Shown: one piece after another, positions 26,508-40,104 of the stretch
How positions within the stretch are numbered: position 1 is the first letter of the stretch
Layout: each line of letters starts with the position of its first letter
Assembly: GCF_006345805.1 (NCBI RefSeq)
Contig: NC_042998.1
Location: 182,404,001-182,468,000, forward strand
Reading direction: 5' to 3'
From: Octopus sinensis
Taxonomy: Eukaryota
Length of the DNA stretch: 64,000 bases
Notes under the pieces: generated by a model
Seen by the model: only the letters and a program-made list of their open reading frames with translations
Told to the model about the DNA's origin: nothing
The model's database searches: none
Translations under genes and position numbers: made by a program

Positions 26508-26859
26508 AGGCCGTTTTGTCTGCTCGTGAGTATGTACTTCTGTACGAGATATCTGCCCGTCCTCCTGTATCCGTGATTCGTGTAGAAAGATCGTGTTTTA
26601 AATACTTTTGTGTAAATAATCAAGCCGTAATTGCACGCTTGGAATCACTTCTGGTGTGTTCCTCTTGTTTCTGTTGTTATTGTGATTGCTCTTCGTGGTT
26701 TCTGGTGTGGTTTTTTTGTGGTGTAGTCTTTTTTTGTTGTTGTTTTTTTTTTGTTTTATCAATAATGTTGTTGTTTGTGTTATTGTAGTTGTTGAAAGTA
26801 CAAGAGTCGTTGTAGGTGATGGTGGTGGTGGTAGTGACGATATTTATATTACTGTGGCC

Positions 26860-27044
26860 TTCTTCTTCTTCTTCTTCTTCTTCTCTTCTTCTTCTTCTTC
26901 ACCTCAGCCGCCACCGCCACCGTCATCGTCGTCGTCATCATCACCATCATCATCACCATCATCATCATCATCATCATCATCATCACCACCACCACCATTA
27001 CCACCATTACCACCACCACCACCACCACCACCACCGTCATCATC

Positions 27045-27081
<37 letters not shown>

Positions 27082-27128
27082 CCACCACCACCATTACCAC
27101 CATTACCACCACCACCACCGTCATCATC

Positions 27129-27159
<31 letters not shown>

Positions 27160-27290
27160 GCATCATCACCACCACCACCATCATCATCATCATCACCACC
27201 ACCACCACCACCACCACCACACCACCACCACCACCACCATCATCATCATCAGCATCATCATCATCATGATCGTCACCACCACCATCTGCT
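26860..27290. repeat. Compound (TCT)/(TCA)/(CCA) trinucleotide repeat with internally duplicated block
   Basis: Direct inspection; explains the poly-S/P/H ORFs. Confidence 0.9.
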
Positions 27291-27701
27291 TCCTTCTTCT
27301 GCAACTCTTTCGTTATTGTTTGTTTTAATATAATTGCTCAGCCCGTCTGACCCTTTAGAAGTATTTCCAAGAAATAATTGCTTAAGCATCAGATATTTCA
27401 CACCTCGATTAAGGTACGTACCCTGGGTGGATTTCTGAGTTCACGCAGAACAAAATTCCCTGTAATTAATTGTTTTACTCTTTACATACAGAAACGAGTA
27501 ATATATCGCGCGCATCCCCCCCCCCGCACCCCCCACACACATACACAAAAACACTCATACAAACAAACATGGAACGAATGTATATATTACTTATGTACAA
27601 CAGCACGTATACACGCAGACATATACAGACATATACGAAATTACGTGTTTCTTTTGCAAAGGAACAAACGCATACCTATGTTTATATTATGGATGCGAGA
27701 T

Positions 27702-27846
27702 ATACATACATACATACATACATACATACATACATACATACATACATACATTCATACATACATATTTACATTCATACATACATTCATACATACATGCATA
27801 CATACATACATACATACATACATACATACATACATACATACATACA

Positions 27847-27937
<91 letters not shown>

Positions 27938-28142
27938 TTACATTCATACATACATACATACATACATTCATACATACATATTTACATTCATACATACATA
28001 CATACATACATACATACATACATACATACGTACATTCATACATACATATTTACATTCATACATACATACATACATACATACATACATACATACATACATA
28101 CATACATACATACATACATTCATACATACATACATACATACA

Positions 28143-28172
<30 letters not shown>
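27702..28172. repeat. (TACA)n with recurring tatttacatt variant blocks
   Basis: Direct inspection. Confidence 0.95.
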
Positions 28173-28174
<2 letters not shown>

Positions 28175-28270
28175 GCTATCTAGCTATCTATCTATATATA
28201 CACACATACACGCACAAATACACATACCTATATGAAATACACACATACACACACACACATAATATATATC

Positions 28271-28670
28271 TATTTTATTTCCCACAGAGGGCTAAACATA
28301 GAGGGGACATACAAGGACGGACAACGGATTAAGTCGATTACATCGACCCCCAGTACGTAACTGGTTCTTATTTAATCGAACCCGAAAGGATGAAAGGAAT
28401 TTGAACTTAGAACGTAACGGCAGACGAAATACCTATTTCTATTTCTTTATTACCCACAAGGGGCTAAACACACAGGGGACAAACAAGGACAGACAAATGG
28501 ATTAAGTCGATTATATTGACCCCAGGGCGTAATTGGTACTTATTTAATCGACTCCGAAAGGATGAAAGGCAAAGTCGACCTCGGCGGAATTTGAACTCAA
28601 AACGTAACGGCAAACGAAATACCACTATGCATTTCGCCCGGCGTGCTAGCGATTCTGCCAGTTCGCCGCC
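28271..28670 (-). mobile_element. SINE family A dimer
   Basis: Same junction (28421-28440) as the other dimers. Confidence 0.9.
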
Positions 28671-29048
28671 CTCAATAATATGTAATATATATATCGCCAT
28701 CGGATCTTAGCCTGCCGGTTAACATTTTCTTCTTTCTTGCTTTTGCTCTTTTCATATGCATTGAAGATTTCTTCTAGACGTTACCCAACACCCTCGTGTT
28801 TGGCCGAAAGGCTGTATTCCGTCTTCGTCTATCGTTTCAAATTACATTTGTTTACTTTCGTACGTCCACCCTGTATTGTCTTGTTTGCTCGAGTCCTAAT
28901 TCTCCGCAAATTTTGCGGGTGCCGTCGATATACGAAGTCTTATCGTTAGCGACACGAAACTGAGTATTAGCATTTTTGGTCGATACATGATGAAGAATTA
29001 GGGTCCTTCTGTATCTGTTCTACGTGAACGTTTTGTAGTATTTAATGC

Positions 29049-29130
<82 letters not shown>

Positions 29131-29452
29131 TATATAATATTACATTTAATTCATAATAGCGAAACAATTGTCCCAAAATAATCTGTATTTTGTTATTTTT
29201 TATTTGCCCTGTCCGTGTGAGCTAACAATCGTACTGACTTTCATGGGAAACATGTATCTTTGTGGTTGAAACCTTTTGGATTAACTGGTGCTAGAGTGAG
29301 CCATATAGTGACCACTCTCTTATATTTATTTTGTAAAAATATTATAATATATTATAAAATATTATAATAATCCAGGTTTCTCGGAGCACTAGGCACTTGG
29401 TGTAGAATAGATATACTATTAAATTAGTATCTAATTCTCTCACCCTTATTAA

Positions 29453-29515
<63 letters not shown>

Positions 29516-29524
29516 GTATGTATA

Positions 29525-29805
29525 TGTGGGTACAGGACATCACCAACTGTAAACAACATGAAGTACGAGAACAAACAAGTTAAATACGCAAACAACGAGA
29601 AAAAAAGGAAAACAGAGCAAGTAACACAAAGAACAACCCTTCATCAGATGTGGGCTGTCTATCTACTCCTTATTTCGAGCACAAAAGGATATGCTATAAT
29701 ATAATTCCACAGCCATACCAACAATCCAACATCAGCTGCCTCATCAACCTCCATCATCAGCTGCCCCACGGACATCATTATGATTTTGACACCTGGGCAA
29801 TAGAT
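29525..29805 (-). mobile_element. Penelope-like pLTR-type relic(s) ending in a microsatellite
   Basis: Two CTGATGA motifs (29641-29647, 29754-29760); 29690-29800 is homologous to 43690-43800. Confidence 0.5.
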
Positions 29806-30490
29806 ATAGATACGTAGCCGTTATTTTCTATATTGTAATATTTGTTAAGCCAATTTTTTTTTACAGTTGCTCTCTTCAGTTATCAATAACCTGCTCTAAA
29901 CGGCTCAAAATAGAGAGGAGCAACTAGCTGCCAGAAACTTTTTAGTTAGGGTCTGCCTCATCCAATGGGCGTTATATATATATATCAAGGGCAAGCAAAT
30001 ACGTATACAAGTCGCCTACATGCTATAATGGAAGGCAAGGTTTACGATATCGGGAGAATGTCGCCTTCCTCCATTATCTCTTTTTGTTCTTCGTCTAGTT
30101 CAGGCTCCGACAGGCGAAGAGGGAAGACTTCAAGTACACATGCAATTTACAAGTGGTTTATTTACAGGGTTCACGGGAAAGGTGAAGTGTGCTGCTCTCA
30201 GCAACAATCTTTAGCTGTGTGCGTTGTGCAGTAGCTCCGTTAGTGCGGGCACATTGCCTCTGGAGGCACAACATACAGACAGGCCCAATCAATGGAGTGA
30301 GGTCAGCAAGCGCTGCTGCTAAGAGGCAGAAAGGAAAAGGCTGAATCTGTTTCTGTTTTGCCCTTATATACAGTTTGCCATCGCGAGCCTCGTTGTGATC
30401 TCGCGCATGGCAAATGAATGCAAGTGGGGTCTCGCTCCAGTCTCGGAGATGGCAATGGCTGCCGCGGGATCTCATCCAATATGGCGCTGA

Positions 30491-31080
30491 CTTGTTCAGT
30501 CTCATTTGTGTTGATGATCCGAAAGCACATTGGTAAAATGGGAAGATTAAAAATTGTGGCAGTATTGAGAAATGCGCAAAGCAAATACTGCCACAATTTT
30601 TAATCTTCCCATTTTACCAATGTGCTTTCGGATCATCAACACAAATGAGACTGAACAAGGAAACATTCTTCATTGAAAAGTACAAACCCAGACTCAACCA
30701 TCCGAACATACTGACACAGAGAAATTAACAAGGAAAAGGAAAAAAAAATTTTAAGCGATTATCTCCCTTACACCGGAAGAAATCACTCACTACCTCCCCT
30801 TATTTAGAAATCTCCTGTTAATAAACACAACGATAACTCCATGCAATATAAACATAACGTCACAAGAAATTTGAAAAGCTACACGCGAAACCGGTAATTT
30901 CTTTAAAAATTTTAAAATTATGTCATTTTAAGGAAAGGAAAAAAAATTTTCCAATATTCTCCAGACATTTTGACACAAATATATATATTTTTTAACATTT
31001 AAGCCTTCTGTCGTTTTTTCACACTTTACTATTTTCTTATATATTCACCCACGTGCTTTACCAAACAAACTTTCTTATCT
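30491..31080 (+). mobile_element. 5'-truncated Penelope-like element: GIY-YIG C-terminus, 3'UTR and a 76-bp inverted duplication at the 5' end
   Basis: Frame 30564-30728 reads IEKCAKQILPQFLIFPFYQCAFGSSTQMRLNKETFFIEKYKPRLNHPNILTQRN*, fitting the PLE endonuclease end (F.IFPFY...E..FI.K.KP.LN); perfect inverted arms 30491-30566 and 30584-30659. Confidence 0.8.
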
Positions 31081-31115
31081 ATCTATCTATATATATATAT
31101 ATATTATATATATAT

Positions 31116-31164
<49 letters not shown>

Positions 31165-31172
31165 TATATATA

Positions 31173-31430
31173 TATAAAATATTATTAGAGACAAAACCAC
31201 TATTTTGCAAAACAACAAGGAAAGACTTAATCAATACATAAAATTTTAATAAATAAAATTTTATGTATTGATTAAGTCTTTCCTTGTTTGTTTTGCAAAA
31301 TAGTGGTTTTGTCTCTAATAATATTTTATAATATTTTACTATAAAATTGGATTTAATCCTAAATCTGATTTTTTCCCTGTAAATTTGGATTTATTCCCTA
31401 ATATTTATTATTATATATATATATATATAA
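31173..31430 (+). mobile_element. TA-embedded repeat with 76-bp fold-back
   Basis: Arms 31173-31248 and 31254-31330; same family and geometry as 63740-63995. Confidence 0.8.
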
Positions 31431-31872
31431 TTTATTATATTTATTAAACACACACACATACACCGGACTAACAATGCAATCTAACTCTTGGGACAACTAG
31501 AAATATTCCATGTGTAAAGGAATTTACAAAGAATTCGCTGAAAAAGACAAAAAATATATTATCTTGATCAGAGTATTACCATACTAAACACTCGGTGCTT
31601 AAATCTATTTATCACACTAAATAGATACTTACTTATCTTCACCAATCTAAATAACTAAGAAAGACATTAAGCCATTGTGGCCCGACGCATGTATGCTGCT
31701 GATGTTAGTGTACTGGCAGAGCAAAATTTTCCATCTATCCTCATCAGGTGCTGGCTATAGAACTGGCGATCAAACGGAATATTCTCCATTCTAACAACGG
31801 ACCCAGAAATCATATTAGGTTAAGAAGGATCGATTTACTTGGGAATGATCAACATTTCCGCCAACATTTCCT

Positions 31873-32382
31873 TGGTACTTTATTTAGCGACTCTGAAAGG
31901 ATGACAGGCAAAGTCGACCTCGGCGGAATTTAAATGCAAAACGTAGTGACGGGTGAAATACCTCTAATTATTTCTTTATTGCCCACAAGGGGCTAAACAT
32001 AGAGGGGACGAACAAGGACTGACAAACGGATTAAATCGATTACATCAACCCCAGTGCGTAACTAGTACTTAATTTATCGACCCCGAAGGGATGAAAGGCA
32101 AAGTCGACCTCGGCAGAATTTGAACTCAGAATATAACGGCAGACGAAATACCTATTTCTTTACTACCCACCAAGGGCTAAACACAGAGGGGACGAACAAG
32201 GACAGACAAAAGGATTAAGTCGATTATATCGACCCCAGTGCGTAACTGTTACTTATTTAATCGAACCCGAAAGGATGAAAGGCAAAGTCGACCTCGGCGG
32301 AATTTGAACTCAGAACGTAGCAGCAACGAAATACCGCCAAGCATTTCGCCCGGCGTGCTAACGATTCTGCCTGCTCGCTGCC
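31873..32382 (-). mobile_element. SINE family A trimer
   Basis: Full head at 32382, headless units joined at about 32150 and 31960. Confidence 0.9.
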
Positions 32383-32861
32383 TTATACAGCCAGAACATT
32401 GATATTTTAGATATATGATGCTTATATCCATTTAAAATATTACTATATTTATACAAATGGAAACACTCAGTTACTCCAACATTAAGTGCCAGAGAGCGAC
32501 GCACAGTATTATTCTTTGTATTTTTCATTAATTTCTTTCATAAATCCATTTGTAAATGGAAAATTTCGTGTCAGATACTTCAATTCAGCTTTAATTTTAA
32601 CCATACTCATGTTAGTTGGTTTTTAAGCCGTTTAACTATCAAATTTTAATATTTCGGTGAAGTTACCATCGTAAATACTTTTACAACGAGACTGTTTTGT
32701 GACTGAATAAATTTTTTTATCCAGCTCTTACACCTTTCTGGTTGCCTCCGCTATAAATGTATTCTGAGTCCATACCAATGTAAGAAATGATAATGATAAT
32801 GATGATGAAGATGACGACAATGACAACAACAACAACAGCAATAATAATAATAATATAATAA

Positions 32862-32892
<31 letters not shown>

Positions 32893-34327
32893 GAGAAGGA
32901 GAAGAAGAAGAAGAAGAAGAAAAAGAAGAAGAAGAAGAAGGAAAAGGAGAAGGAGAAGAAGAAGAAGAACAACAACAACAATAACAACAGCAACAATAAT
33001 AATCTTCATCATCATTTTCGTGATATACATCGTTATCAACGTCATTACTTTCGGGAGTATAAATCTGTTTATCGGAAACTTTTTCTGATTTAACTCACAG
33101 GATCTAAATTAAAAAGTTCGCCCCTGCTATTTTCTTACTGGAATGGAAGAAGAGCAATTAAAGAGTTGCTTCATGCAGTAAATGCCGGTACGAAGTTCGG
33201 TTTGAAACGATCAAAATTAGAGTGATGATGACTCATGCAGACGGCGTACGCAGCGTAGAGAAGAGAGACAATTTATTCGACTGCATCAAACGACATTTTG
33301 CTGCTCACTCTGCTTTCCTTCTTCAAAAGGCGCCGCCAATATATGTTTAGAATTGAAAATAATAAGTTGAAGAATGTGGAAAAGAAGGGAAGAAGGAAGG
33401 AAGGAAGGAAGGATGAAGACAGAATAAGAACAAGAAACAAACAAGGCGAGCGAATCTGATTAAGCGCCAACTGACCGCTTAGTGACCTTAATTTTAAATA
33501 TATTAACACACTTGCCAACGGCGACATTTCAACAATATTATCGTCAACTCGAACTGCCACTCACAGAACATATACACCACCAGACATATATACACACACA
33601 TACTACATCACGTACACAGACATATTTATCTATTTCTTCTAAACTCCTCTCCTCCTTCTTTTCTTTTTTTTTTTTTTATTTCTCAACCCACTAACCCTCA
33701 CCGTTTCGTTCCGTTACCCCCGTTTCATTGGAAGTGCTGTGAGCGAATTACTAATGAGCCCTTACAAGACAGACTATCAACTGACGTAAATACGTTTCCG
33801 ATTAGCAAACGTAATTATTTCTCAGTTACTTCCCCCTTGTTTTATTTGCGTATGATCCAAAACCAGAAGGTCAGGACTTCGTAGAACTAATTGCCTCCTT
33901 CCAAATACTCCTTCAATATGATCGATACGTAATTAACTTCACTTTTATTCGAAGGTAAAATGGTTTATTCCATCCAAGCTACAATTTTGTTTCTCTCTCT
34001 CTTTGCTTCCTCCTCTCAAACCAAAATTGAAAAATTTACTTTTATGAATATATTTTTCTCGGCAAGCTTAAAAGTTTGATTACTTTACACCAGTGACTGA
34101 AGAAACATTTCCCACCTAGAGAAAGCGTTATTATAGCTGTAAGGTGTTCCTGGTCGAGCTATTTCAGATGTAAAGATATTCAATCTTGGCAACCTTTGAT
34201 TAGACTTTTTGAATTACCGATATATAGAATTTCAATTGAATACCTTTTTTCTACTATTAATACAACAACTACTGCTGCTGCTGCTGCTGCTACTACTACT
34301 ACTACTACCACCACCACCACCACCACC

Positions 34328-34366
<39 letters not shown>

Positions 34367-34442
34367 GTTGTTGTTGTTGTTGTGAGATATTGGTCGTGAT
34401 GCGTGGTGGTAGTGGTGATGGTGAAGTGAGTTCTGCGGAGGT

Positions 34443-34479
34443 CTCGCGATAGCTCAGTTGGTAGAGCGGAGCACTGTAG
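34443..34479 (+). pseudogene. tRNA-Tyr(GTA) 5' half (positions 1-37), no 3' half found
   Basis: CTCGCGA-TA-GCTC-AGTTGGTA-GAGC-G-GAGCA-CT-GTA-G matches metazoan tRNA-Tyr (..CGATAGCTCAGTTGGTAGAGCGGAGGACTGTAG) up to the canonical intron site. Confidence 0.8.
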
Positions 34480-34487
34480 TGTGTTAA

Positions 34488-34900
34488 GGCGGCGAGCTGG
34501 CGGAATCGTTAGCGCGTCGGGCGAAATGCTTAGCAGTATTTCGTCTGCGTTACGTTGTGAGTTCAAATTCCGCCGAGGTCGACTTTGCCTTTCATCCTTT
34601 CGGGGTCGATAAATCAAGTACCAGTTACGCACTGGGGTCGATGTAATCGACTTAATACCTATGTCTATCCTTGTTTGTCCCCTCTGTGTTTAGCCCCTTG
34701 TGGGTAATAAAGAAATAGGTATTTCGTCTGCTGCTACGCTCTGAGTTCAAATTCCGCCGAGGTTAACTTTGCCTTTCATCCTTTCGGGGTCGATTAAGTA
34801 AGTACCAGTTACGCACTTGGGTCGATGTAATCGACTTAATCCATTTGTCTGTCCTTGTTTATCCCCTCTATGTTTAGCCCCTTGTGTGCAATAAAGAATT
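34488..34900 (+). mobile_element. SINE family A dimer directly after the tRNA half
   Basis: Full head, junction at 34711-34730. Confidence 0.9.
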
Positions 34901-34926
34901 AGATAACATTATTGACGAAGAGGTAG

Positions 34927-35287
34927 GGCGGTGAGCTGGCAGAATCGTTCAAATTCCGCCGAGGTTGACTTTGCCTTTCATCCTTTCGGGGTCGATTAAA
35001 TAAGTACCAGTAACGCACTTGGGTCGATGTAATCGACTTAATCCATTTGTCTGTCCTTGTTTGTCCTCTCTGCGTTTAGCCCCTTGTGGGTAGTAAAGAA
35101 ATCGGTATTTCGTCTGTCTTTACGCCCTGAGTTCAAATTCCGCCGAGGTCGACTTTGCCTTTCATCCTTTCGGGGCCGGTAAATTATGTACCAGATACGC
35201 ACTTGGGTCGATGTAATCGACTGAAACCCTTTATCTGTCCTTGTTTGTTCCCTCTATGTTTAGCTCCCTGTGGGCAATAAAGAAATA
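34927..35287 (+). mobile_element. Second SINE family A dimer with TSD attattgacgaa
   Basis: Duplication at about 34908-34920 and 35291-35302; head has an internal deletion. Confidence 0.85.
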
Positions 35288-35670
35288 AATATTATTGACG
35301 AACAGGTTTTATGTCTAAATTAATGATGCTCGTAATAGCAAAGGAAGAGATGTCAGTAATACATTATGTGTGATGATGGTGGCGGTGGTGGTGGTAGTTA
35401 GAGTTGGGGGTTGCTGTTGTTGCGCAGCCCAGGTCAGCCATGATCAAAAGAATATATGGTAAGTCAGCTGTTGCTATTGCTGTTGTTATTTAGCGCCGAG
35501 TTAGCCTTTTTCAAGTAGATCTAAGATCAAAGGCATTCCAGCTGTGACCAACCTGTTTTCCTATCCACAGAAAATCAAAAATCCTATTATCCAACATGTT
35601 CTTTTTTTCTAAGATGGGCGGGTGTGATTCGAAAATTTAACAGCTATTTCTAACAAGTTGAGCAAGCATC

Positions 35671-35826
35671 TAGGGGTGGCTGTGTGTTAAGTAGCTTGTC
35701 TACCAACCACATGGTTCCGGGTTCAGCCCCACTGCGTAGCACCTTGGGCAAGTGTCTTCTACTATAGCCTCGTCGAAGGCCTTGTGATTGGATTTGGTAG
35801 ACGGAAACTGAAAGAAGCGCGTCGTA

Positions 35827-35905
<79 letters not shown>

Positions 35906-36128
35906 GTGTGTGTGTGTGTGTGTGTGTGTTGTGTGTCTGTGTTTGTCCCCCCAGCATTGCTTGACAACTGATGCCGGTGTGTTTACGTCCCCGTCACTTA
36001 GCGGTTCGGCAAAAGAGACCGATAGAATAAGTACTAGGCTTACAAAGAATAAGTCCTTGGGTCGATTTGATCGACTTAAGGCGGTGCTCCAGCATGGCCA
36101 CAGTCAAATGACTGAAACAAGTGAAAGA
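35671..36128 (+). mobile_element. SINE family B copy
   Basis: Match to 9120-9508. Confidence 0.85.
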
Positions 36129-36486
36129 GTATATCTTTTGGTCCAAATATCCCATGTACATCGTACACTCAGACATGAAGTGGTTTATCATACGGAGTGC
36201 AGTATGGCAATCCGTGTATATTGTTTTCGAACCACTGTCCATTCTAGCTTTGCATGGCAATGGGTGTTGCAAGATGGGCTTGGTCGGAGCGATAGAGTTA
36301 TTGTTCTTCCGCATTTGCTAGTGTGCACTCTGAGCTTTGATCAAGGGGACCTATGATCAAAAACTTCCTGTAACCATTTTTTTTACAGATGCTATATTTC
36401 AGATGTCATTATCGAGTGCGTCCACTCATTAACAAACTCTTAGGAAGATTTGGCTGCTATGAACTGCTTTGGTAGGTAGTGATCAG

Positions 36487-36718
36487 ACGGGCAGCGAGCT
36501 GGCAGAAACGTTAGCACGCCGGGCAAAATACTTTGCGGTATTTCGTCCGCTGTTACGTTCTGAGTTCAAATTCTGCCGAGGTCGACTTTGCCTTTCATCC
36601 TTTCGGGGTCGATTAAATAAGTACCAGTTACGCACTGGGGTCAATATAATCGGCTTATTCTGTTTGTCTGTCCTTGTTTGTCCTCTCTGTGTTTAGCCCT
36701 TTGTGGGTAGTAAAGAAA
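36487..36718 (+). mobile_element. SINE family A monomer with 14-bp TSD
   Basis: TSD taggtagtgatcag at 36473-36486 and 36719-36732. Confidence 0.9.
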
Positions 36719-37095
36719 TAGGTAGTGATCAGTTGGACCAGAGATTTAGATAGCAAAGTAAACTTAAGAAGTTAGAAGAACGGCGAGGGTATTTGGAAGA
36801 TCAGTGTGTGGTTCGTGTATGTGGATAGGAGATTATTCTTATCACTGAAACCAGGGGATAGAGTTAACCCACAAATTAAATTTGTCAGAACAAGCTATAT
36901 GAACATTGTTTATAATTTAACGAGAAATCTTAATGAGTGTTTATAATTTAACGAGAAACCTTAATGAGAACGATTTAATTATCAAGGGAATTCTATGCTT
37001 GCAATGGCATTCGCATCGGTAACCTTTCTCTACATCACACACAATCGTATCCACATGAGATTTCCCTAGATTATCTTCACACACACACACACCAC

Positions 37096-37149
<54 letters not shown>

Positions 37150-38225
37150 ATTTCTTCGTTAATATAGGATGTTGTGAGGTCGAAAAACCAAGTCGAAATA
37201 CTGACACCAATAAATAAAACATTCCATTAACAACTTTTGTAATCCAATCATTACAAATTCTTTATCCTTACAACGTTTGTTGTTTTTCACTTTCGTATTT
37301 TGTCTTTTTTTTTTAAATTTCACTTGCGTTTCTTTACCTTTTTTTAGTTCAAATTATTGTTTTTGCTGTTGTTTCCTACACTACTGCCATCCAGCCACCC
37401 CCTCGTTTACGATAGCTGATACGGCGATCCGCACCTAGCGCCACCTACACAGCATGGTAAGTGTAATATCCCATCCCCGTTAACCACTCAAGCTACGTGG
37501 AGGCCCTAGAAAGTCAAACAATATGACAATAAGACTTTCTAACTTATTAATCACATTTTTATCATAACAACTATCAGCCTTCTCAGTTTCATTTTGTGTC
37601 CTGTGGCTTTTGTTTGTATTCAACAAGTCTCGCCTAAAAATATTAGATATATTTTCTCCAATTTCTCGACACGGTATATTTTTGCTTTGTTTTACACATA
37701 CGTAGTTTTCATATTGACAATGTTATTGCAACAGCTGTTTTTTGTTGTTATCGTTGTTATTGCACAGTGTGAACACAACAAATTATGTGATTGTTCACCT
37801 GTCTTAATGTCAATAGAATAAAATATACCTGCTAACTTCAACAGACATGCTGTCTCACGAAATGATAAGAAATAAAGAGAAAATTACACATCCCGCTGCT
37901 TGGTAAGAATATCACAGTTAATTTACAGACATCAGAGACTTACCATTTTTATAGATGTATATACATACTCAGGAAGAGGATATAAATAATTACTGACAAC
38001 TAAAATAAGAAAGAAAGAATTAATCATGTAATGTTTGGTACATAAACGTGGTGAATGCAAATAATGTATCAATGCCAGATTCACAGATAAAATGTTTCAG
38101 ATTCGCATTCCATTATTTCTTCTATCTGGCATATTCGTGGACGGCGCTGATTCATTATTTTCTTATTTACATAGCAGCAACAAAACTAAAGAATATAGGA
38201 CTCACTGGTTATGAAATAATGGGTC

Positions 38226-38448
38226 AATCTAACACTATAGCCTCAGGTCGACCAAAGCCTTGTGAGTGGATTTGGTAGACAGAAACTGAAAGAAACTCGT
38301 CGTATATATGTATATATGTGTGTGTGTGTGTGTATATATATGTTTGTGTGTCTGTGTTTGTCCCCCCAACATCGCTTGACAACCGATGTTGGTGTGTTTA
38401 CGTCCCCGTAACTTAGCGGTTCGGCAAAAGAGACCGATAGAATAAGTA
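38226..38448 (+). mobile_element. SINE family B internal fragment
   Basis: actatagcctcaggtcgaccaaagccttgtgagtgg...gaataagtac. Confidence 0.8.
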
Positions 38449-38615
38449 CAACGAATTGGTTGGTTGATTTAGTATATTTTGGAAATTCATCAACGTTATA
38501 ACTATCGATTCTATATCAGCTGAAGTCAACAAGTCTAATCACCAGTAATTGAAGATCGCTGAATACAATATCCTACCATGTTTTCAAGTTAAAGTAAAAA
38601 AAAACCCAGCTCTTC

Positions 38616-39028
38616 GGATCGTTTCGGTTTGAACGTCAGTTTTTTCTAGCAGTGTCATATGAAATTGTCACCCATAATTATGACCCTAGTATCGATCTAT
38701 TGCATTTCAATGTTTTAGGGTTAGAGTTAGGGGTGGGGGGAAGGGTATCTTTTTTTCTTCAGAAATGTAAATAAACCCAATCTGTTTCTTAAACGAGGGA
38801 CATATTCATACGGTACAGAATGATTTTACCTCAATGGACGTCTGTGATTGGTTGAAATTGCAGAAATTGAAGAAAAAACAACAAATATCTTACAAACTAT
38901 AGAATTTTCTCCATAAAGCCAAAAGAAAAAGATGTTTTATAAACACATTCTACCAGTATACGAAGTTCAAAAGTGTTTTAGTTACCTAGAAATTATGTTA
39001 AAAACTGCCGTTCAAACTGAAAAGAAAC
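38616..39028. mobile_element. GGATC-TIR MITE copy 2 with perfect 8-bp TSD
   Basis: TSD agctcttc at 38608-38615 and 39029-39036. Confidence 0.9.
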
Positions 39029-40104
39029 AGCTCTTCTTCTAATACATTTTCCCGGGAATTGCTACTTTTCAAGGGACCTATTATAATGGAATTGCTCACT
39101 ACAATGAGGTTGGCAGGTGCCTGCTGTAGATGAAATACCTGTTATAATGAGGTTAACGAGGACCTATGTAGATATCATATATGTTCTCCCTGCTTTAGGA
39201 ATGTGTGTGCGTGCAGGTTGATGTCTGAATGTATAACGTGTATATGTGGTCGAGTATACGTGTGTGTTGACGCTTGCTCATCTGTATGTGAGACAGCGTG
39301 CATGTATATGCATGGCTAAGTTCATGTATATATTTGAATATGTGCGTGTGTATTAATATTTAGTTGTATGTGTGACAGTGTGTACGTATAAGTGTGGTTG
39401 AGCATATGTAAGTACCTACAAGAATGAGTCTCTGTTTCACATATTACCTTAATTTCAGCAACATCTATCATTGAAGCAAAGAACACCTTTGCAACATATA
39501 CAGGTGTATAATTAGGAAATCGTAATCTATTGTGAAGAGCCAAGAACCTGTGACTATCTTATCTCTTTGTTTAAGGACAGATGAGGGCTATGTACTAGAA
39601 GCTACCGAATAGACCTTTTTCACTAATCACTCTGCTTTGTCTTGTCTTCTCCAGGAAGTTCATTGATAAGATGAAGAGAAACAGACCGACTGTATGACAA
39701 ACATGTAATTGAGTGTGAGAAGGGGAGAGGAGAGGGAAGGAAGACGAAAGACTGAGAGAGAGAGAGAGGTGCGAGGGGCATAGAGAAAGGAAAGTCTAAA
39801 GAAAACAAAAAATATTGGAGTAAAGAAACAACTAAATGAATAAAAACGAATACGAAAACAATCAGAATAAAAGACGGAAATTATTGTCAAGAAGAGAAAG
39901 AAAAAGAAGAAAAAACAGCAAATTAAAGGAAAGACCGACAGAAGAGAAAATGGTGGTTTCTTACATAGAAACGAAGCCAATTGACGAAGATGAGGGTTAT
40001 TTGTAGGCGATACAATTACGAAAACCTATATTACCGGTACATTTTATCGTAGAAGGGATATGAACTCGAAATTAGTAGAGGTAGATCCAGCTTCTGGACA
40101 AAAG

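Noticed and set aside
26686-27333. 215-aa poly-Ser/Pro/His ORF and overlapping ORFs; similar ones at 57483-58017
   Set aside because: Trinucleotide repeats are open in several frames on both strands; no non-repeat coding context.
33180-33900. Complex non-repetitive DNA with TAAT/TGACG motifs, possibly an enhancer
   Set aside because: Short motifs alone are not evidence; cross-species conservation would be needed.
34488-35287. Regularly recurring segments resembling a CRISPR array
   Set aside because: Units are about 190-230-bp SINE copies with no unique spacers; eukaryotic context, no cas genes.
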